Shown piece by piece: positions 38,189-50,923 of a stretch of 64,000 bases of DNA; the first letter of the stretch is position 1, and the number at the start of each line of letters is the position of its first letter. The notes under the pieces are model-generated. The model was not told the DNA's origin. It ran no database searches and saw nothing but the letters and a program-made list of their open reading frames with translations. Origin of the DNA: Octopus sinensis. Taxonomy: Eukaryota. Both the position numbers and the translations under genes were made by a program. The stretch is taken from contig NC_042997.1 in assembly GCF_006345805.1 (NCBI RefSeq), positions 46,252,001 through 46,316,000 of the forward strand, written 5' to 3'.

Positions 38189-39009
38189 ATCCATATACAG
38201 ATCCATCCATATGCAACTAAATTTGCACAGACCTGTAGGAAGTAATTAGACGCCTTTAATTTTCAAAATCTTTTATTTCCTATTATTTGGTTGGAGGAGA
38301 GGTTTTCTTCTAGCTGCTCATCCATATTACCCAAGCTTATGCAGATATGTAACACACATTCTTGGACTAACTTCTAGCTGTTTTGTAATGTCAGAAGCCT
38401 TTGAACGGGGTTCGCTTTCCAAATTCTATTGAAACAGCGAAGTTTCCTTTCCGAGGGCCGAGGTCGGGCGGGATGAGAATCTGGTGATGCTTTTTTTGGG
38501 GCTTTTGAATTGCACTATAATTCTATTAACTGTAGCAAGAGGAATTTGAAGAATTGCCCAACAATACAACCACTTTGAAAATCTGACAGTTCAGCTGAAT
38601 TTTTTGTGCGTGGTATGGAAACTCTTCGCAAATGTTTAATATAATGTCACCTGGAATGAAAAAGAATAATTACATTGTAAATTCTACACCGCTGAAAACA
38701 TATTAAGACGATTAGATCAGAAATTTTGAAACTTAAAGGTGTCTATTTACTTCCTACATTTCTGTGTATACATAGTTTTTTTTTTTATTAATAATCGGCA
38801 AGTGTTACGGGGTGTACGAATGACCGAGTACTTCATGCGTTTACATTAGACGCATGTAACTCACAGCCCGAGTCATTCTGTAACTTTTGTCGCTTACTAA
38901 TAAAGCTATATATATTCCGGTTGCGAGATCTATTTCCTTCTTTGCATCACGAAACTTCTCTATGTATTATGTATGAATGTACATACATGCACGTATACCT
39001 CATCCCAAC

Positions 39010-39014
39010 ATATA

Positions 39015-39103
<89 letters not shown>

Positions 39104-39195
39104 ATATATATACTAACACGTATATGTGTGTTTGTGTGTGTGTATAAGTATATGTATACATATACATATATATGTATATATGTATATATATATAT

Positions 39196-39238
<43 letters not shown>

Positions 39239-39305
39239 CATATATCATGTATATATATATATTATTATATATATATATTATATATATAATATATATATAT
39301 GCATC

Positions 39306-39365
<60 letters not shown>

Positions 39366-39400
39366 TATTATATATATATATGCATATATGCATACATACA
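39010..39400. repeat. (TA)n/(TG)n microsatellite block
   Basis: Read directly. Confidence 0.95.
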
Positions 39401-40133
39401 TGCATGCACACAGACATGTGCGTGTACACAGATTGAAAGAAAGGATTTATGAAGAACAGAGCAGTTATATCAATTAGTATGCATTTTTAGAAATAAATAA
39501 TAACTATGCTTAATAATATATGCTATATCAGAAAAAAAAAAATGAAACTCCAAACCAACACTAAATATCACATTATAGAGTTTAGGGCTGTATTATTAAA
39601 AACGTGTATGATAGATTGCTGTCTCTTTAAAACTGCGCTAGGAATTTTTGAATTTCCAAATATAATTTTTTTTCTCTCTTTGGTAATTATGTGTAGTAGA
39701 TTTCTTTTTTTTTCTTGCTTTCTGTTTTTTTTTTTGTATTTTCCTTTTGCTTTTCAGAAACCATGATACCACGATAAAAATACTTCCATCATCAAGTTCA
39801 TTGATAATATGATATAATGCTTGTTATTTACCGCTATGAATATTTTAATATGGATGAATACATGAATATCGTTTACTTCTTTCATTTAATTCTTATTCAT
39901 TTTTTCTTCTTTAAATTTCTAATTTTCCTTTCTTTCTTCCTCTCTTTCTACCTTCCCTCCTTTCTTTCCCCGCTTTTCGCTCTCATTTTTCACTCTCTTT
40001 TCTTTCCTCCTCTCTCCCTCTCTTACCGATGGTACGTATTAATATATTAGAAAACATATTCTTCATACATAGCTTCATATTTACGCACAAACCCACACAT
40101 ATATACATCTAAATCTATCTATCTATCTATCTA

Positions 40134-40193
<60 letters not shown>

Positions 40194-40194
40194 A

Positions 40195-40241
<47 letters not shown>

Positions 40242-40609
40242 TATATACATACATATATACCCTCACATATAAACACCTATATATGTGTATGATGTGTGTG
40301 TATTGATGCATGTATCCACACATGCCCAAACATAGATATATATGTATGTGTGTACGTGTGTGTTCGTGCCTGCGCGTGTATGTATGCACGTAGTATATTT
40401 AATCTTGTATGGTCCGGATAATTTGATTGTAGCTGTCAGTACAGTCAGGTCAATGTCACTAATCAAATAGGAAAAGGAAAAAAAAAAACCTAGAAAAATG
40501 ATCAATGAAAATACAAAAATTCCGTCACGTGTAGGCTTTCGGAGATTAGAACCACAAATAAAAGAGGTGAAAACACAATCTTGTCTGGAACATTGAATGA
40601 CATTGTATA

Positions 40610-40993
40610 TCTCTCTCTATATAAACGGCAGTTTGTCTGTCTGCGTGTCTGTGTGTCTGTTTGCTTGTACCCTCACCCTGACCACGGCTTTCAACCGATT
40701 CTGATGAAACTTGACACACACATAGCCCAATGTCATAATTCAAAACTAACGCAGTGAAAATTTTGAAAAGTTCCCCCAGTTCTGAAAAAAATCGATAAAT
40801 TCGACATGGGGTCGAGAATCAGAAACCCAAACCACAGACCGTCTAGGGGATGCAACTCCACCTTTTTTAACTCTCAAAAAAATTTACCATCATTTTTTTT
40901 CCATTTTTTTGCTATTTTTTAGCTATAACTCTCTAAAAATGCTTTATAGTTATTTCCCTTACAAACCTGAGCAACGCCGGGCGATACTGCTAG
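40610..40993 (+). mobile_element. Non-autonomous Helitron, 384 bp
   Basis: A|TCTCTCTCTATATAAACGGCAG 5' end; 3' cctgagcaacgccgggcgatactgCTAG|T, nearly the same 3' terminus as 7783-8176. Confidence 0.8.
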
Positions 40994-41132
40994 TGAAATT
41001 ATAAATATCGTTTATGGAAGACCTTCGGCTCTGCTGTTGTATGTCTGTGTGTAAGTATGTATGTACATATAAATATATATATAATATACATGTTTATGTA
41101 TATATCTATAGATGTGTATGTATGTGTATATA

Positions 41133-41239
<107 letters not shown>

Positions 41240-41619
41240 GAGATAGATAGATAGATAGATAGATAGATATAGCATTAATTACTCCATAATCCGTGCACAA
41301 TCACAAGCACAAACACGGACATACAGACATTTGAATAATTACTAGATATTTTCTATTCATGCATGTTTCATTAAATAAATTATGGATATTTTGTTAACCT
41401 ATATACTGTTGAACCGTTTGTAGTTCCTAGCGTTTCTTCTGTGCAGAATACGGCAGGAGTGTTATGTTTCGTACATCACTTTCCTCCAAAGAGAATATAA
41501 AAGTTAATTGAACTTGTAATGTGTTTTCCATTCTGTCACCAATACTTCGACTTGTCGTTTTGCAACTTATGAACTTTGCGGTTTGTTACAGCTACAACGG
41601 AAAGGTTATTTAGCCTTAC

Positions 41620-41726
41620 TTGCACTTTTTCTGTTCGCATAAGTAGCGCAATAACACCTTTTCTATGGCCTTTCTCTGGCTCTCCGTCGATTACGACGAG
41701 TTGATTCGATGAATAGAAATGCCTGC
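41620..41726 (-). other. Candidate 107-nt exon of an unidentified minus-strand gene
   Basis: ttaatttcacag|G...CAA|gtaagg; open frame GRHFYSSNQLVVIDGEPEKGHRKGVIALLMRTEKVQ. No partner exon or homologue recognised. Confidence 0.2.
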
Positions 41727-42828
41727 CTGTGAAATTAACGTGCAAGTGACTCAGTACCGCACACATGCACGTATCCTTAAAATAATTCATTGAGAGATTG
41801 AATGTAACACAGAATGTGATAGTGTCGATTCTCTGATTTACTCATTTAATGTGACAAGGTTGGCTATTTGAATTTTTCATTTTTCTAGCTGAGTGAACTG
41901 GAGCAACGAGAAATAATGTCTCTTGGAGAAGGACACAACGAGCCGCTGAGAGTCGACCACGTTATGAACGTGAGCTTGATAAGCCAGCGCCTTCAGGCAT
42001 TTCAAAGTAAGACACCGGTAGAAAATAGCAACACACTAAGTAAGGTGCCGGTAAGAAAATAGCAACCAAAATTCTCTCTAAATCAAACTACCACATTAAA
42101 CAAGAGGGTTCATTGAATACTGGTGTGTTAAAATACAATGTTTAAAAATAAGACGGAATGGTTATGATTTGAACGCCGTTGATTATAGAAGAACAATTCT
42201 AGTAGAGCAGAAGCTAAGAATAGCAGAAATTGTAAGAAGAATACCAGCACAATGCAAACAGACTTGTGAGGAAGGTGTTAGCTGACAACATTCATCCAAA
42301 TACTTGACTGATTCTTTATTTTAACGACCCCAGAGAATGAAAGACAAAGTTGATCTCGGTGAGAATTTGAAAGTTGGAACAAATACTGTAAATCGAATTT
42401 CCCAACTCTGTAGACATTCTGAGACTTCACCGCCCTAGTAACAGCAAGATCAATAACAACACATAAAAAAAACTTATGAAAAAGTATCTATGTTGTTGCT
42501 TGAGCCACAAGACTGCAAGAAGTAACCGAAACATTTTATCGAAAGCACACCCAATCAGTGCGACCTTGCTGCAGAGGGAGTTTTCCTAATCATCATACAG
42601 ACTTCAAAAATAGAAAAAAAAGAGAAAGGATCGAGTTTTCTTGTATTTTTTTTACACAATGCCTATCAACGATGAGACATTTTCTACTCCCGTTCATCAA
42701 ACATCACTCTCTTTTCCTATCCAAATCCTTACTTTCCAGAGACATCTTAAAGGTCACGCATATCTGTCAAGTCAGACCATGGTGTAAGATCAGAGTCCTG
42801 CTTTGTTATTATAATACGGTTTATAAAC

Positions 42829-43035
42829 AAGGCGGTGAGCTGGCAGAAACGTTAGCACGCCAGGCGAAATGCTAGGAGTAGTTCGTTTGTTCTGAGTTCA
42901 AATTCCGCCGAGGTCGATTTTGCCTTTCATCCTTTCTGGGTCGATAAGTATCAGTTGTGTACTGAGATCGGTCTAATAGACTGGCCCCAACTCTGCCAAA
43001 ATTCCAGGCTTTGGGCCCAGAGTAGAAAAGAATAT
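42829..43035 (+). mobile_element. tRNA-derived SINE family 2 (well preserved)
   Basis: aaggcggtgagctggcagaaacgttagcacgcc...ctgagttcaaattccgccgaggtcg...agtagaaaagaat. Confidence 0.88.
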
Positions 43036-43486
43036 GGTTTATAAACATGAACTCTTCTATCAAACCTACCAACACGATTCAAAGGTTTTGGTCTCAGCTT
43101 CATTTGTTTTTTATGATCCTCTTACGTCCTGTCCAATCTATCTATCTTGTTTTAAACCATAGAGTGCAAGTTGACGCACTGGCGCTGTACATGTTTTATT
43201 CTACCAACACGGGCAATAAAGACTTACTCATGTTGAGAGGCAAGCTTTGCAAGGGATGATTTCAAAACTACCAGAATGTGCGGTAGATAACCTTTGCTTT
43301 GTCACTCCAGACCATTGACTAATATGGCCTGTGGTTAAAAGTTCATCATACATCGCTCAGCTGGTTCGATTTTATACTATATTCTTCACATACCTAAACG
43401 AATAATCCCAAAGAAATCCCCAGATCCTCAAAATCCCCAAATCTCCAAATCAACTACATTAGACGGTTTATTTTCTATGACAGTAA

Positions 43487-43787
43487 GATAGAAGAGAAGG
43501 ACAGTTGGGTGTTGTTTCTAGCAGTTGGAGCGACAACATCGAGACACTCGTTGTAGAAGCAGCAACAGTAGTAGTAGTAGTAGGAATAGTAGTGGTGATG
43601 ACGGTGGTGGTGGTAGTGATGGCGGCGGTAGTGGTAGTAGTAGTAATTGTAATAGTATTGGGATTAGTTGTAGTGGTAGTGGTTGTGGTGATGGTAGTGG
43701 TGGTGGTGGCGGTTGTAGTGATGGTGGTGGCGGCGGCAGAAGTAACGGTAGTAGTAGTAGTAGCAGCAGCACTAGTAGTAGTAGTAA

Positions 43788-43831
<44 letters not shown>

Positions 43832-43885
43832 ACGGTAGTAGTAGTAACTGTAGTAGTAGTAACGGTAGTAGTAGTAGTTGTTGTT
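43487..43885 (+). mobile_element. ~80-bp element followed by an expanded (AGT)/(GGT)n tract
   Basis: Head gatagaagagaaggacagttgggtgttg...ctcgttgtag recurs inverted at ~50995-51076. Confidence 0.65.
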
Positions 43886-44529
43886 ATTGTTTAATTTCTG
43901 ATGAGCCTTGTACTAACGGGCATAAGATCAAACACCAAGTGTGACAATTCTGTTTCCTTTAGTAGCTTGTAGTATCACAGAAGCTAAACACTAATTTCAG
44001 TCAGTCACTAGTTTCAGAGCGAAAGGTATGATTTGCGAGACACTTAGTTCCTATTTCCAAAATCTTTAATCAACCTACACAGCAACAGATATTTTCTTTC
44101 ATAGCAGATGATAAAAGCAAGAAGGCGTGTGTAATACCATTGGAGTATATAATAGTAAAAAGAAGGAAAGCAAAAGAATAGCAATCTTGTGAATATATAA
44201 TCCATCCCAGATTGTAATCCATAGTCTTCTGATTTCCGAAAGTAAAAAATGTCGCCGAATGCCATGTAAAAACCTTGCGGTTTCAGGCGTTATCTATCAA
44301 AATCAGTGGTTCATTTCAGTGCAGAAGATTTAGTCCCAGGTTAAAAGGAATCACACTATGGCGTCCGCTCGATGGTCAATTATATTACGAGGAGGAAGAA
44401 AGATCACGCATGCTGGCCAAGATAACTTGAATATAGAATATAGTAACACGCACGGACGCTAAAATATGCACATATGAATTACCATATACATAAATACATA
44501 CATATATATAATATAATATGATATATATG

Positions 44530-44564
<35 letters not shown>

Positions 44565-44765
44565 GGAGGGAGAGAGAGATTGAGAGAGAGAGGTATATAT
44601 AAATATAAGAGTATATGTATAATATATACATGTATGTATATATATATGTATACATGTATATATATATATATCTATATATATATCTATATATATCTATATA
44701 TATATATATACATACATATAAATAATATACATATGTCTAAATATGTATTGTATATGTGTGCATAT

Positions 44766-44796
<31 letters not shown>

Positions 44797-45404
44797 CATA
44801 CAAATATACATATTCTGAGTGCATATAAATGTATAAATATATTGATGTTTGTATATGTACGCGATTTGTATGTGTATGTATGGTTATATGTTTGTATGTA
44901 TGTATGCAATTGTGTGTGTATGCTTGTGTGTGTGTTGGACTATGTTTGAATCATACATTTATGCATGCTTTCATTGTATATGCATAGGTGCTTAGAGATT
45001 AGCAAGTTGCGTTCACAAAAGACATATGTATTCGAAATGTTATAAAATATATTCTTTAATCACATGGACTTCCAATAAAACCTTTACACGCGTATTTTCA
45101 TACAATATGGAACTATACACACAAACAATCGAATACGTTCTTATATGCTCATCATATTCAGGCAGTTTTATACGTAGGAAAGTACCAGGTTGGGTCAAAA
45201 CACTTTCCAGATTTCCACTGAGGATGTTAGGAAGCTTGTATCTCCCCGTCATATTAATTTCATACAACTTGTTGTCCAATCGCTGATGTTATATATGAAA
45301 ATATATAACATATAAACACGAATTGTTTATTCTTTATATTTTCCTCTTTTGACAATGGCTGGGGAAAAAATTGCAATGAGTGTGTGTCTGTGTGTGCGTG
45401 TGTC

Positions 45405-45630
45405 TGTAGGCCGAATGGTTAAAGAGTTCATTTAGGAAATAAGAGGTCCCAGTTTCGAATCCCGGTTTGGAATTTTGGGTGTCTTTTTTTTTTTTCCTGA
45501 ATCTCGAGTCGGCCCACACGTTGTGAGTGAAATTGTGTAGTAGAAAGATGCATGGAAGAACGTTAGGTGGATTTTATCTGTAATTCAAATATCCAGGACT
45601 TGTCACATTGTGTCAAATCGATTTCGATAA
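45405..45630 (+). mobile_element. tRNA-derived SINE (A box ggccgaatggttaaag, B box gtttcgaatccc)
   Basis: Pol III box-like motifs without a complete cloverleaf. Confidence 0.55.
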
Positions 45631-45769
45631 TGTCTATGAAAAACACACCGACTTCAGGTTACGACGATGAGTCAAGAAATATCCAGTCGTTCGAAGAGCA
45701 GATAACCGATAAGGAAAAATTCTGACAGAAATTCAGTTAATATTTATATATAATATATATATATATATA

Positions 45770-45803
<34 letters not shown>

Positions 45804-45955
45804 CCAATTAAGGACTGAACACGAAAAGTGGACAGTCAACATGCTAGATATAGACGTCAAATCGCCATTCACCACAAAAGATTATGTTCTCAGATCAAAC
45901 TCAACAAAAACCATAGCAATAAACAAGTGAAAAATATACGAAATAAAATAATTAC

Positions 45956-46019
45956 CCATGTACTAAATAGTTTCAGCTGTTATTTTCCGCAAGGAAAACT
46001 GCAGCCATCATCAGCATGG
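45956..46019 (-). ncRNA. Type I hammerhead ribozyme (intact core)
   Basis: CCATG CTGATGA T GGCTG..TTTTCC ttgc GGAAAA..CAGCT GAA ACTA tt TAGT A CATGG. Confidence 0.8.
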
Positions 46020-46565
46020 TCCGTTATAAATGTAATTGCTGGACTAGATGCAAACACGATACGAAATATCGCGTGCATGGAGTTCAGCCTATTACATTTG
46101 AATATATCTTTCAAATGTCTTACTTTGGCGCGTTGAAACCCGAGAAAACTAGCCTGCAGCTAATAATTAGCAGCAGTTAATTTATCGGTTAGAGAACATA
46201 TTTATTTATATAAAATTAATTAAGGGTAGAAATTGATATTTATCAATTAAGACCAGTGGTCTAGCATATTAAAAAAGAATCCGAAGATTAAAATATTTAT
46301 ATATACCAATTAAGGACTGCTAGACCACTGGTCTTAATTGATAAATATCAGTTTCTACCCTTAATTAATTTTATATAAATAAATATGTTCTCTAACCGAT
46401 AAATTAACTGCTGCTAATTATTAGCTGCAGGCTAGTTTTCTCGGGTTTCACACGCGCCAAGTAAAGACATTTGAAAGATATATTCAAATGTATAGGCTGA
46501 ACTCCATGCACGCGATATTTCGGTATCGTGTTTGCATCTAGTCCAGCAAATTACATTTATAACGG

Positions 46566-46632
46566 ACCATGCTGATGATGGCTGCAGTTTTCCTTGCGGA
46601 AAATAACAGCTGAAACTAATTTAGTACATGGT
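46566..46632 (+). ncRNA. Type I hammerhead ribozyme (intact core; predicted cleavage 3' of A46626)
   Basis: ACCATG CTGATGA T GGCTG cag TTTTCC ttgc GGAAAA taa CAGCT GAA ACTAA t TTAGT A CATGGT; GUA triplet. Confidence 0.85.
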
Positions 46633-47069
46633 AATTATTTTATTTCGTATATTTTTCACTTGTTTATTGCTATGGTTTTGTGTTGAGTTTGATCTGAGAA
46701 CATAATCTTTTGTGGTGAATGGCGATTTGACGTCTATATCTAGCATGTTGACTGTCCACTTTTCGTGTTCAGTCCTTAATTGGTATATATAAATATTTTA
46801 ATCTTCGGATTCTTTTTTAATATGCTAGACCACTGTCTTAATTGATAAATATCAATTTCTACCCTTAATTAATTTTATATAAATAAATATGTTCTCTAAC
46901 CGATAAATTAACTGCTGCTAATTATTAGCTGCAGGCTAGTTTTCTCGGTTTCAACGCGCCAAAGTAAAGACATTTGAAAGATATATTCAAATGTAATAGG
47001 CTGAACTCCATGCACGCGATATTTCGGTATCGTGTTTGCATCTAGTCCAGAAATTACATTTATAACGGA

Positions 47070-47134
47070 CCATGCTGATGATGGCTGCAGTTTTCCTTGC
47101 GGAAAATAACAGCTGAAACTAATTTAGTACATGG
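47070..47134 (+). ncRNA. Type I hammerhead ribozyme (intact core; predicted cleavage 3' of A47129)
   Basis: Same fold; stem I is extended by AATTAC/GTAATT across a 12-nt bulge. Confidence 0.85.
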
Positions 47135-47573
47135 GTAATTATTTTATTTCGTATATTTTTCACTTGTTTATTGCTATGGTTTTGTGTTGAGTTTGATCTG
47201 AGAACATAATCTTTTGTGGTGAATGGCGATTTGACGTCTATATCTAGCATGTTGACTGTCCACTTTTCGTGTTCAGTCCTTAATTGGTATATATAAATAT
47301 TTTAATCTTCGGATTCTTTTTTAATATGCTAGACCACTGGTCTTAATTGATAAATATCAATTTCTACCCTTAATTAATTTTATATAAATAAATATGTTCT
47401 CTAACCGATAAATTAACTGCTGCTAATTATTAGCTGCAGGCTAGTTTTCTCGGGTTTCAACGCGCCAAGTAAAGACATTTGAAAGATATATTCAATGTAA
47501 TAGGCTGAACTCCATGCACGCGATATTTCGGTATCGTGTTTGCATCTAGTTCAGCAATTACATTTATAACGGA

Positions 47574-47638
47574 CCATGCTGATGATGGCTGCAGTTTTCC
47601 TTGCGGAAAATAACAGCTGTAACTAATTTAGTACATGG
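47574..47638 (+). ncRNA. Type I hammerhead with A13U core mutation (GTAAC)
   Basis: Same fold, but cagctGTAACtaatttagta. Confidence 0.75.
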
Positions 47639-48080
47639 GTAATTATTTTATTTCGTATATTTTTCACTTGTTTATTGCTATGGTTTTGTGTTGAGTTTGA
47701 TCTGAGAACATAATCTTTTGTGGTGAATGGCGATTTGACGTCTATATCTAGCATGTTGACTGTCCACTTTTCGTGTTCAGTCCTTAATTGGTATATATAA
47801 ATATTTTAATCTTCGGATTCTTTTTTAATATGCTAGACCACTGGTCTTAATTGATAAATATCAATTTCTACCCTTAATTAATTTTATATAAATAAATATG
47901 TTCTCTAACCGATAAATTAACTGCTGCTAATTATTAGCTGCAGGCTAGTTTTCTCGGGTTTCAACGCGCCAAAGTAAAGACATTTGAAAGATATATTCAA
48001 ATGTAATAGGCTGAACTCCATGCACGCGATATTTCGGTATCGTGTTTGCATCTAGTTCAGCAAATTACATTTATAACGGA

Positions 48081-48145
48081 CCATGCTGATGATGGCTGCA
48101 GTTTTCCTTGCGGAAAATAACAGCTGTAACTAATTTAGTACATGG
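48081..48145 (+). ncRNA. Type I hammerhead with A13U core mutation (GTAAC)
   Basis: Carries the same lesion as the preceding copy. Confidence 0.75.
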
Positions 48146-48382
48146 GTAATTATTTTATTTCGTATATTTTTCACTTGTTTATTGCTATGGTTTTGTGTTG
48201 AGTTTGATCTGAGAACATAATATTTTGTGGTGAATGGCGATTTGACGTCTATATCTAGCATGTTGACTGTCCACTTTTCGTGTTCAGTCCTTAATGGTAT
48301 ATATAAATATTTTAATCTTCGGATTCTTTTTTAATATGCTAGACCACTGGTCTTAATTGATAAATACCAATTTCTACCCTTA

Positions 48383-48427
<45 letters not shown>

Positions 48428-48429
48428 TT

Positions 48430-48840
48430 TATCCTTCAATTGTTACAATGAATGGACTGCGCCGATGCTGGGACACCGTCTTGAAGAAAGTTAGTCGAAC
48501 GACTAGACTCCAGTACTTGGGTTTTTAAACCTTGTACTCATTTTGTCGAGCCGCTAAGTTAGTGGGACGTAAAAACAGCAATATCGGTTTTAAATCGTTG
48601 GTAAGGAACAAATTTATCACACACAGACACGCAGACACACACACACCACACACACACACACACACACACTCACACACAAACAAGCAAAAACACAACACTC
48701 ACACATACGCAAAACACGCAGGCATGCATACACACATACACATAGTATATATAAACGACGGGCTTCTTTCAATTTTCGTCTACCAAATCCACTTCTAAGG
48801 CTTGATCGGCCTGAGGGTTTAGTAGAAGACATCAAGTGTT
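48430..48840 (-). mobile_element. SINE family 1, degenerate, with internal (CA)n
   Basis: gccgctaagttag..gacgtaaa..acgacgggcttctttc..ctaccaaatccac, similar to 27324-27749. Confidence 0.75.
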
Positions 48841-50129
48841 TCGGAAACAAATTTCTCACCACATATCCACTAATACAAGAATAGTGGTGATAATGACTTC
48901 AGCGTTTTGGCATGCTAACATACGTCGGACAAATGACGTCTAGCAATCTGGAATTTCGGAGTCACTGTCACCACTTCTCTTGTAATACGCATTCTACAAA
49001 TAATATTGACTAACCGTTCACTTAAATGTAAAATTGATTTTTTATGTGTGTTTGATTGTGTGTCTGCGTGCGGCGCATGTACATGTGTGTAGAGGAAGTT
49101 ATGAAAGTCAAGCTAAGTTTATTGGCTCCAAAGCACATATCAAAATGTGACAGTTGTAAAGTACGAAACTCTGGACCCTTGAGCCATTTATATGTAGCTA
49201 AATATATGTGTGGAGTTGTGAGTTTGCTTGGATTTGTAGAAATGTATGCAATTTTGATACGCTGTTTATATGTACGTACATACATACGTAAATGGATACT
49301 ATTACAGATGTATGAATATATACGTTTAAACAGACAAAAGACAGACATACAGACACACATAAACATGTATACACACTAACACACACACACTCACACACAA
49401 ACACGTAAGTCTTCTTAAGAAACGATATTTTATAATTGCATTTTCTATGAAACTGTTGCAGTTAAGACCTCGAGCAAATTTTGTCGAAAGCAAATTCCTT
49501 TGAATTTAGCACGTCGCGAACAATTTTTTCTTTAGCGGTGTGATTTAGATACCTTCGTCGTAATCTTTTGCGGTTTCACCACATATACAATTAGAATCGT
49601 TACACGTGACAGTCACTGTATTAGTTTTCAGCTGTTTTGGTATCTAGAAGTTTAGAACCCTTTGCTTGCATTTATCCAAGCAGTATCTCTATTCATTTCG
49701 TTATATAGAATATCGGAATGAAAATATATCCAAGTCAGAATGCTCGACCAGAATTAGTGATCAGTTGTACAATCAACTGGATTACCAGACTCATTGAATT
49801 AGTGTGTAAACGACTGAGTATTCCAATGAATCATGTACTGTAAATGTACTTCCAGTGCGGGTTCAGTGTAAAATAGTTTGACAATGCTGGATCATTGAAT
49901 TAGAGACATTGTCAATCAGAATGACTTCCAAACAGTTTCCACCCATCAGTGTTCACCCACAAGGCTAGAGACGATCGATATTACGAAATAATACACGTAC
50001 CAAATGCCACGGAGTGGGTTGACCTCGTGATTTCATGATTGCGAAGTGAACTTCTTAACCGTTCCACTATGTTCCACCTATACAGAATTTATTCATTAAA
50101 TAAAAAAAAAAAACGAAAAGGGTAAAGTT

Positions 50130-50363
50130 ACCTTCTCTTGTCATACCGACTGATAAGGGTTGGTGCCCCGGTTTCCACGGTGTTTATATTTCCTACCTGG
50201 TCGGCCTGCCGGAGCGCCGCAGCATTACTCATTTTTGCCGGCTGAGTGGACTGTTTTGAAATCTTTTGCTCAAGAACACAACGTGTCTCCCGTCCACGAA
50301 TCGAAACCACAATCTTACGATCACGAGTCCAACACCCCTAATCATTAAGTCACGCGCCTCCAC
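50130..50363 (-). mobile_element. tRNA-derived SINE family 3
   Basis: Minus-strand head gtggaggcgcgtgacttaatgattagg...ggtttcgattcg, followed by gtgttcttgagcaa. Confidence 0.65.
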
Positions 50364-50923
50364 CAGAATATACTCATGATACAATTTCACTAAAGTGATT
50401 ACTATAGCTATACTGGTATTATTATACCAGTAGGCAACCCTTTAGGTCAACCTGATTATGTCTCATCTCTTAATATAAGCAACAACTCATTTTGTCCCAG
50501 CCGCATGCAAAAGTAGTGCTCAAGCATAACTTTATATCCCAATAGTATTTCGAAATGCTTTTTCTAAAATCATCTCAAACCACCATACATATCATAGATA
50601 TCGGCAGTTTATATTTTCTTTTGATTTAACTCTAACTTCTCCTTTCTTTCTCACCATAACAATTAACTGTTTCTGTCTTTCAACATGCATCACCTATTAT
50701 CATCGGTTCCATTAATAGTCAATGTTTAGCATGTGTGATAAATTTCTCCTAAATTTACGAACTCATTATCCTTGATGATATCTATGTTCACAATCTTCTT
50801 GTTATTTATACTCTTTCACACAAACGCTTCTTGCACAGGAGATACACAAACGAATTATCTGAAATATAATATATAAAAATAGAGACACAGACACTACTAT
50901 GTAAACATAGAGACACAGACACT

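Larger units (their letters stand above)
45799..48396. mobile_element. Array of ~505-bp hammerhead-containing monomers (1 inverted + ~4.1 tandem): candidate non-LTR retrozyme / non-autonomous Penelope-like element
   Basis: Minus-strand unit 45799-46319 is joined head-to-head to plus-strand tandem units 46320-48396; period 503-507 bp; one HHR per unit; no long ORF; (TA)n on both flanks. Confidence 0.85.

Noticed and set aside
43228-43328. Minus-strand exon with good splice sites (accacag|...|gtaagt)
   Set aside because: The only open frame ends in TGA at the donor and is out of phase with the 41620-41726 candidate; cannot be supported as coding.
43898-43925. CTGATGA-GCC...GGC, a possible hammerhead
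   Set aside because: Followed by ATAA rather than GAAA, with no stem I or III.
43505-43944. Poly-Val, poly-Ser/Gly and Pro-rich ORFs
   Set aside because: Products of the (AGT/GGT)n tract.
45405-45480. tRNA gene
   Set aside because: A and B boxes are present but there is no acceptor stem or cloverleaf; this is a SINE head.
45799-48396. CRISPR array or plain satellite interpretation of the tandem units
   Set aside because: Units are ~505 bp and identical throughout with no unique spacers, the context is eukaryotic, and each unit contains a full hammerhead fold.
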